Of a stretch of 64,000 nt of DNA, positions 57,287 through 64,000 are shown in pieces (positions within the stretch are counted from its first letter, which is position 1; each line of letters opens with the position of its first letter). The stretch is from Alistipes sp. (GTDB lineage: Bacteria; Bacteroidota; Bacteroidia; Bacteroidales; Rikenellaceae), in NCBI GenBank assembly GCA_017646625.1, contig JAGCMF010000033.1:5237-69236 (forward strand), read 5' to 3'. The position numbers and the translations under genes are program-made. The notes under the pieces are model-generated. The model was given only the letters and a program-made list of their open reading frames with translations. It was not told the origin of the DNA and did no database searches.

Positions 57287-60200
57287 TTACTCAATAACAA
57301 CAGTGCACTGCTCCTTCATGCTACCACCCACGTAGTCAGCGATGTTTACAGTATTACCATCAAGAGTTGCAGTACAATTTGTGATTGTCAATGTCTTGCC
57401 AGCAGCCTCCAAATCAACGAAGTTTGTCTTACCAGAAACATAGTTGAATGTGCAGTTAACCAACTCAGTGTCAGCATAGATATTCAAGCCGTTGTATCTT
57501 GACTGGTCGCAACCAAATATACAACCCTCAAATGTCACCTTGCCATTACCACCATATGCGTTGAAACCATTAATCTCACAATTTCTAAAGATTACGGTAC
57601 CAGCCAGGTCATCGTAGTGGAAACCGCGGAAATCAGTTTTGATTACACAATTCTCGAAAATTGTTGTCTGACCCGCTGCCGCGTAGCACCAACGAAGAGC
57701 CTCACTACCTTCAAATGTGCAATTCTTGAACTCTCCATAGACATTACCTGATACAGCTATGTCATTCTCATTCTTAAATGTAGCACCAATAATAGTAGCA
57801 CCCTTGATATCCAAAGAAGATTTACCGGCGAACACTGTGCCCTCCTCGCAGATGATAGTCTGACCAGCCTTAACTGAAGCCGCAGGGAATGTATACCCAC
57901 CAGCTGCTACAGAAACTATCTTAGCATCTTTATCAAGTGCATCCTTAAGCTCCTCTGCGTTGCTCACAGATGTAGGACCAACAACAGTGATGTAAGTCTT
58001 ATCGTAGTTAGAGAGTGTGCTCTCAAGGTATGCCTTCATCTCGTTATTTACAACGTGGATAGTCATTGTAGGCACAGGAGCCGCCATATTTGTAAAGGAG
58101 TTATTCTCGATTGTGAACTCAGGAGAGAGAATCTTAATCTCGGTCAATGACTCACAATCACGGAATGCGTAAGTACCGATATAGTTAACAGATGCAGGAA
58201 TCTCAATAGAAACAAGACCTGTGTTGCGCAAAACATCCTTCTCGAGACGAGTTATGCCATCAGGAATGTTGATAGATGTCAAAGAAGTACACTCTGCGAA
58301 TGCACCCTCGCTAATTGTTGTAACGCTTTCTGGGATAGTTATGTTAGCAAGGTTTGAGCAAGACTGGAATACAGCAGGGCCAATCTCTGTAAGAGTGTTT
58401 GGCAATGCTACAGTCTCCAATTTAGTACACTTGCGGAATGTGCGGTTGCCAACAACCTCTATACCTTCTGCGACAGTTGCACTTGTCAATCCTGTTGAAT
58501 TCTCAACTACACCACGAACGGTAGTCGCCTCATCAGCAGCAGAGGTGATTACAACCTCACCATACTTTGCGATGTAAGCAACATCGTTCCACATAAACAA
58601 TGTAGCCTCGCCATTGTCGGTAGCAAGAGCAGTTGCTACATCAGCAGTGCTCTCTGTAACAGCAGTTACACCCTCAGCTTCCGCAGCATTGGCAATAGTT
58701 TCTGGCAATACATAGTAAATACCATCAGCTGCAATTGCCTTGTAACCAGTAGCAATGTATTTAGCAGCAGGTCTAGCAGAATATGTACCGCCTGTTACAG
58801 AGAATGTACCACCGTAGCCATAATCAGAGAGGTTGTCGTTGCCATAATAATTGCCACCGCTAAATTTGCCACCATTAACGTATACAGTACCTCTTGTTCT
58901 ATTGCAGATTACAACACCACCGCTGGTTGCAGCATGACGATGCTCGAAAGTACCACCATTAATAGTGAGAGTGTTGTTACCACCATCCTCTACATCTACA
59001 ACGTGTGATGTGAGGCTTCTTGCACCAATATCGTTGTTTACAAACGTACCTCCGTTAATAGTAGTCTCACCGCTGCCGCTTGCCTTTAGACAGCCGCGAT
59101 CTGCAGATACCTCTGTACCATCGTTGATAGTCATCTTACCAGATGATATAACTGCATATGCTGAATAACCACCATCAGCAAGTGGTGCACCCTTAATCTT
59201 AACACTCTCCAATACAAGCTCGCCTGTATTGTTGATTACAGCATCACCGTTTTCAGCGGTATTCTCGAGAGTACCACCAACGATAGTAAGAATACCATTG
59301 TTCTCGATAATAGCACCACTACCCTTTGCAAGTGCGCCAGTGATAGTCTTATCACCAAGGTTGATAACTACATTAGCACCCTCAGCAATCTCCAATGGCT
59401 GAGCCAATGTAATATCCTCAGTCAAAGTAACCTCGCCGCCGAACATAGCTGCGTAAGCAAGCTGCTCGGCGTTCTCGTCAGGCCAGTTCTCATTGCCGCC
59501 GAACTCACCACCATTCTCAACCTCAACCTTGATGTTGTTGCCATCAGTAAGAACGTTACCCTTGATAGTTGTCAAATAGTTGCGGTTAACAGCGATATCG
59601 GTGTTGAAGTTGTTAAACTTGATTAGGTCATTATTCTGATCATAAACATTGAACTCAAACTTAACAACATCACCCTCCTTAGCGAAGAAGTAGTCGGTAA
59701 AGAGTGTCATATCTGCACCATTCTGAACATCCTCATCGTATGACTTAATAGAGAAATTCTCGTGCTTGATATTACGATTCTGTGAATCGCCAATAGCACT
59801 ACCAGCGAAAGCGTTGAATGCGTTGTAGTGCTGAACTTTGTACTCTACAGTAGCTTTTGTAGGCATAATACCGAGATTGTTAAGAGCAACCATATCGGTA
59901 GTGATAACACGCAACTTGGCAAATGGACGTGTAAGGTTTACAGTGATGCCCTGTGAGCCGTTGAAGTTCTCAACAAGAAGAGTGCCGGTAAATGCGTCAC
60001 GTGTCTCATCCATTGCCTTCCACTCACCCTTAAGAGTGACGTTTCTAAGGTCGCTTGTGTCGTAGTGGTTATCAACATCAGACTCATTAGCAACAACATC
60101 GGCCCAAACAACAAACTGATAGTTACGATCTGGAACAAGGCGAACAGGGAATGCCACCTCTGTACCATCGCTGTACTTTACAAGACGTTCCTTTGAAGGC

Positions 60201-60427
60201 TCGCCCTTGTAGTAAACCTGAAGAATGTAACGCAATGTAGCATCACCATCAAGAACGCCATTGCTAAATAGTCCCTCTGCGCTGTTGGCACGGGTAGTCT
60301 CGGGAAGTGATACAGTGACAACAGTGTCAACCTCGCCACCGACGATAACGTCGAGACCCTCGGGCTCTGTCTGACATGATACCATACCGAGTACCAATGC
60401 CATCAAAGAAAAGATTTTTGCTTTCAT
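57287..60427 (-). CDS. Large lipoprotein: DUF6562/Mfa-pilin-like N-domain, beta-helix regions and BspA-type leucine-rich repeats
   Basis: Lipobox GMVSC; LRYILQVY, RLVPDRNYQFVVWADV, LTRPFAK, RNYLTTIKGNVLT; LRR IP.SVT.I...AF..C..L; Gly/Asn/Thr-rich beta-helix segments. Confidence 0.75.
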   Translation of the reverse strand: MKAKIFSLMALVLGMVSCQTEPEGLDVIVGGEVDTVVTVSLPETTRANSAEGLFSNGVLDGDATLRYILQVYYKGEPSKERLVKYSDGTEVAFPVRLVPDRNYQFVVWADVVANESDVDNHYDTSDLRNVTLKGEWKAMDETRDAFTGTLLVENFNGSQGITVNLTRPFAKLRVITTDMVALNNLGIMPTKATVEYKVQHYNAFNAFAGSAIGDSQNRNIKHENFSIKSYDEDVQNGADMTLFTDYFFAKEGDVVKFEFNVYDQNNDLIKFNNFNTDIAVNRNYLTTIKGNVLTDGNNIKVEVENGGEFGGNENWPDENAEQLAYAAMFGGEVTLTEDITLAQPLEIAEGANVVINLGDKTITGALAKGSGAIIENNGILTIVGGTLENTAENGDAVINNTGELVLESVKIKGAPLADGGYSAYAVISSGKMTINDGTEVSADRGCLKASGSGETTINGGTFVNNDIGARSLTSHVVDVEDGGNNTLTINGGTFEHRHAATSGGVVICNRTRGTVYVNGGKFSGGNYYGNDNLSDYGYGGTFSVTGGTYSARPAAKYIATGYKAIAADGIYYVLPETIANAAEAEGVTAVTESTADVATALATDNGEATLFMWNDVAYIAKYGEVVITSAADEATTVRGVVENSTGLTSATVAEGIEVVGNRTFRKCTKLETVALPNTLTEIGPAVFQSCSNLANITIPESVTTISEGAFAECTSLTSINIPDGITRLEKDVLRNTGLVSIEIPASVNYIGTYAFRDCESLTEIKILSPEFTIENNSFTNMAAPVPTMTIHVVNNEMKAYLESTLSNYDKTYITVVGPTSVSNAEELKDALDKDAKIVSVAAGGYTFPAASVKAGQTIICEEGTVFAGKSSLDIKGATIIGATFKNENDIAVSGNVYGEFKNCTFEGSEALRWCYAAAGQTTIFENCVIKTDFRGFHYDDLAGTVIFRNCEINGFNAYGGNGKVTFEGCIFGCDQSRYNGLNIYADTELVNCTFNYVSGKTNFVDLEAAGKTLTITNCTATLDGNTVNIADYVGGSMKEQCTVVIE

Positions 60428-60813
60428 AGATTTGTTAATTATGTGTGTGTATTGCTTTAGTTCAATACGCGTATATGTGATGGGCTACATGCCCATGTGT
60501 CATTAGCATCGCCCCCCCCCAGTGTGGCAGCTATGCATACCGCCCACCTCGAGGTGCAACCCTTGGCACTCACATAGATTATCGTCGGGGTGATGTCGCT
60601 GCAGTACGACATGCTATGTTGGCGTTGATGCTGACCCCTGCAGTGTGGTCACATCTTCTCTCCAACATTGAGACCCAGATCTAGATAATCAATACAAAAT
60701 TAGATAAAAAGAGACAATCAACCAAATATTTCGGCAAAAAATATGAAAAAAAGTGATGTTCGTTGAAAAAAGTGTCTTCCAACGCGCGTGTATGCGTGTG
60801 CATATATAAAGAG

Positions 60814-60933
60814 GAGAGTGAATAAAAAGTGTATTTTGTCGTTACGCTTGCCCTCAAAATGCTCATTTACGCATAGTAAACTCCGCTTTTTCGGGCTTCG
60901 CAAGCCTAAAACTACATCTTTTTATTCACTCTC
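60814..60933. mobile_element. 120-bp MITE-like element, copy 2
   Basis: TIRs GAGAGTGAATAAAAAGTGTA / TACATCTTTTTATTCACTCTC. Confidence 0.8.
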
Positions 60934-60999
60934 TTAAGTTATGGGGGACTGGCTATGTTACTTTTTAGTCAGCCCCTCGGTCTATTGCAAGACCATCTT

Positions 61000-62934
61000 T
61001 TAGTGGCGCTGCTGTCGGCGCTGCTCACGGTTGATGGCTACCTGCTCCTGCTGCTGGCGCAAGGCCTCCTCGTAGCGCTGCTGGAAGCGTGACTTCTTCT
61101 TTGGCTTATCCGAAAGAAGCTTCTCGCGCACCTTCTCGTCGTTAACAGAACGACGTATAGCAAACATGATAATCATGGTGAGAAGCTGTGATAGGAAGTA
61201 GTAGTAGCACAAGCCTGATGAGAAGCTATTCATCACGCATAGCATCATGATAGGCATGAAGTATACCATCATAAACTTCATCATGCCCGCACCTGGCTGG
61301 CCCGCAGTGGTTGCTGCCTGCTGCTTATAGGTGTAGAATGAGTATGCGAAGATTGAGAGTGTCATGAGGAGTGCAAAGAGACTCACGTGGTCGCCATAGA
61401 ATGGGATGTTGAAGGGCAACTGAAGAACGCTATCGTACGACGATAGGTCGTCAGCCCACAAGAAACTCTCGCCGCGAAGCTCGATGCTCGCAGGGAAGAA
61501 GCGGAACATAGCCCACAAGATAGGCATCTGGATGAGTAGTGGCAAGCAACCACCCATAGGGCTCACGCCAACCTTCTGGTATAGCTCCATCATGGCCTGC
61601 TGCTTCTTCATGGCATCGTCAGGGTTGGGGTACTTCTGGTTGATGGCCTCCATCTCGGGACGTATGGCACGCATCTTGGCTGTAGACATGTAGCTCTTAT
61701 ATGTCAATGGCAGGATGATGAGCTTAACGAGGATGGTGAGGATGAGGATGATAAGACCGAAGCTCAAACCACCACTCTTCAACCACTGGAACACAGGGAT
61801 GGTGATAATCTTGTTTATCCAGCCGATGAGCCAGCCACCCATAGGGATGATCTCCTCGAGGTGTGCATCCTGACCCATGAACTCCACGCCCTTCATCACC
61901 CTAAAGTCGTTAGGACCGTAGTAGAAGGCCATGGCATACTGCTCCTCGCCCGCGACATGTGGTATCGAGATACGTGCGTCGAACTCCTTAACAAAGCCCG
62001 CATTGCCATCCTTCGCCGTCTTGAAACTCAAGCTTGCGTCGAGAGCATCCTTTGTCATGAGCACTGATGAGAAGTACTGCTGCTTGAAGGCTATCCAGTT
62101 GAGACCCTCGATATCTTCGAGCTCACCATCAGCGTCGAGCTCGTCGGTATCCTCCTCTGCGTAGTAGAGGATGTTAGATGCCATAGACTCATTCTGGAAG
62201 CTACGTTCGTTGCGGTTAGAACGGTTGTTCCACACCATGACAATCTCGCTGCCACTCTTGAGCATGGCGTCGATGTTGTGCTGCTTGATGGTGAAGTCAA
62301 CGACATAGTCGCGGCTTGCATCACCTGTGTTATACACAGTATATACATACTCAACCCATGCATCAACATCTACGTCGAGGTGCATGGTGATGACGCTGTG
62401 GTCATCCATAGTCTCGATGTTAGTGTCGAAGATGTAGTCATTGGTGTTGAGTGCCTCGCTACCACCATTGCGGTGTAGCTCGAGACCCATTCTTGCCGAG
62501 TTGGGTGTTATGAGCTGCACGAGCTCCGTACGTTCGCCCTCGGCATAGCGCGTGTAGTTGTTCAAGGTTACATCTATGACCTTACCACCACGGCTGTCAA
62601 AGACGATGCTCATCAGGTCGTTGCGCACAGTGTCGAGCTGTGAGATGCCCTCACGGCGTGCGTAGAGGGTAGAACCGTGACGATACAACTCTGCATTAGC
62701 CCTCTCGGCAGCTGCTATAGAGTCTCTCATGTGGCGTTCCTCGGGAGTCATAGACTCCTCGGCAGCACGCTGTGCCTCGGCCTGTGCCACCTGTCGTGCC
62801 CTCTCTGCCTGTTCTACTCTCGCCTGCTCATCAAGGAACTGCTGCTGCTTATCCATCTCGTAGCTCTGGTAGAACGAGAAGCCTACGAACACGGCAATCA
62901 TCAATACGATACCAATAATAGTATTCTTATCCAT
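61000..62934 (-). CDS. yidC: Membrane protein insertase YidC
   Basis: WIAFKQQYF, YYGPND, FGLIILILTILVK, PMGGCLPLLIQMPIL, FLWADDLS. Confidence 0.95.
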   Translation of the reverse strand: MDKNTIIGIVLMIAVFVGFSFYQSYEMDKQQQFLDEQARVEQAERARQVAQAEAQRAAEESMTPEERHMRDSIAAAERANAELYRHGSTLYARREGISQLDTVRNDLMSIVFDSRGGKVIDVTLNNYTRYAEGERTELVQLITPNSARMGLELHRNGGSEALNTNDYIFDTNIETMDDHSVITMHLDVDVDAWVEYVYTVYNTGDASRDYVVDFTIKQHNIDAMLKSGSEIVMVWNNRSNRNERSFQNESMASNILYYAEEDTDELDADGELEDIEGLNWIAFKQQYFSSVLMTKDALDASLSFKTAKDGNAGFVKEFDARISIPHVAGEEQYAMAFYYGPNDFRVMKGVEFMGQDAHLEEIIPMGGWLIGWINKIITIPVFQWLKSGGLSFGLIILILTILVKLIILPLTYKSYMSTAKMRAIRPEMEAINQKYPNPDDAMKKQQAMMELYQKVGVSPMGGCLPLLIQMPILWAMFRFFPASIELRGESFLWADDLSSYDSVLQLPFNIPFYGDHVSLFALLMTLSIFAYSFYTYKQQAATTAGQPGAGMMKFMMVYFMPIMMLCVMNSFSSGLCYYYFLSQLLTMIIMFAIRRSVNDEKVREKLLSDKPKKKSRFQQRYEEALRQQQEQVAINREQRRQQRH

Positions 62935-62996
62935 CTCTAAATATATCCCTCGCGGGTAGTGTTTGTGTTTCGTCTGTTATGTGTTACTAAATATCA

Positions 62997-64000
62997 TTAC
63001 TCTGCCTGCTCGTCGCGGTACTTGAGTGCCTCGGCAACAAAGCGCACGAAGAGTGGGTGAGGGTTGGCAGCTGTAGAGTGGTACTCTGGATGGTACTGCG
63101 CACCCACAAACCAGCGGTGTGCGGGAATCTCAACAACCTCAACAAGGCCTGTGTCGGGGTTGAGACCTGTAGCCTTCATGCCCGCAGCCTCGAAGTCGGC
63201 GAGATAGGCGCTGTTGAACTCGTAGCGGTGACGGTGACGTTCAACGATGTTCTCCATGCCGTATGCCTCCTTCACGCGTGAACCCTCTTTGAGGTGACAT
63301 GGGTAGCCACCAAGACGCATCGTGCCACCCTTTGCAGTGACCTTCTTCTGCTCCTCCATGAGGTCGATGACAGCATGCTTTGTCTGCTCCATCTCGCTTG
63401 AGTTGGCATCCGACCAGCCAAGGACGTTGCGCGCAAACTCGATAACGGCGCACTGCATGCCGAGGCAGATGCCGAAGAATGGAACATTATTCTCACGTGC
63501 GTAGCGCACAGCAACGAGCTTACCCTCGATGCCTCTGTTGCCGAAGCCTGGGGCAACCATCACTGCCGACATCTTGCCCAGGTGCTCCTTGACATTGTCG
63601 ATGGTGAGACGTTCAGAGTTGACATAGTGGAGCTTAACCTTCACCTGGTGTACGGCACCTGCATGGATGAATGACTCGCTGATTGACTTATATGCATCTG
63701 GAAGCTCTGTGTACTTACCTACGAGGGCGATGTCTACGGTGCTTGATGGGTTCTTGATGCGGTTTACGAATGCCTCCCACTCTGTCATGTCGGGCTCCTG
63801 GTCAGCCTCCAAGCCGAGCTTCTCGAGGAGTACGCCATCGAGGTTCTGCATGTGCATACGCAGAGGTACCTCATAGATTGTAGGCACGTCGATAGACTGA
63901 ACAACGGCCTCGGGTGTTACGTTGCAGAAGAGAGCCACCTTACGACGAAGATCCTGGCTTAAGTCGTGCTCCGAACGGAGTACCAATACGTCGGGCTGCA
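62997..64000 (-). CDS. pyrG: CTP synthase, 3' part (starts beyond window end)
   Basis: VGKYTELPDAYKS, PGFGNRG, GICLGMQ, ERHRHRYE, QYHPE. Confidence 0.96.
   Translation of the reverse strand, partial: QPDVLVLRSEHDLSQDLRRKVALFCNVTPEAVVQSIDVPTIYEVPLRMHMQNLDGVLLEKLGLEADQEPDMTEWEAFVNRIKNPSSTVDIALVGKYTELPDAYKSISESFIHAGAVHQVKVKLHYVNSERLTIDNVKEHLGKMSAVMVAPGFGNRGIEGKLVAVRYARENNVPFFGICLGMQCAVIEFARNVLGWSDANSSEMEQTKHAVIDLMEEQKKVTAKGGTMRLGGYPCHLKEGSRVKEAYGMENIVERHRHRYEFNSAYLADFEAAGMKATGLNPDTGLVEVVEIPAHRWFVGAQYHPEYHSTAANPHPLFVRFVAEALKYRDEQAE

Overview
A 64-kb chromosomal segment of a Bacteroidota (Bacteroidales, probably Rikenellaceae/Alistipes-like; inferred from a region-1.1-less RpoD, TAnnTTTG promoter boxes and gene content). 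Most of it is housekeeping: guaB (partial), era, rpoD, thiL, argR, potABCD, tsaD, tamB, exbBD-tonB, trmD, lpxB/lpxD, aspA, coaD, ruvC, htrA, ftsB, queE, hpt, yidC, pyrG (partial) and tRNA-Pro/Arg/Glu. Accessory parts are a cobalamin-riboswitch-controlled B12 uptake operon, a hydA-hydE-hydG-hydF [FeFe]-hydrogenase operon and four large modular surface lipoproteins. Most notable observations: (1) a stand-alone three-gene module between argR and potA, made of a cleavable CI-type repressor, a 105-aa unknown ORF and an apparently intact large terminase, with no integrase, portal, capsid or att sites seen. It is a candidate domesticated, damage-inducible DNA-packaging (GTA-like) or anti-phage module. 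(2) Two integrase-less 250-320 bp inserts at different tRNAs (Pro and Glu) that each duplicate the tRNA 3' end plus terminator and share a spaced motif GTTGAGCCGAT-N14-TGCTCG-N26/28-ATCGGCTC. (3) An in-frame TAG 24 codons before the natural end of lpxB. (4) A 120-bp MITE in two near-identical copies and a dispersed modular ~70-bp repeat family. No CRISPR array, reverse transcriptase, transposase or integrase was seen. All product calls come from reading the sequence; no database searches were run.
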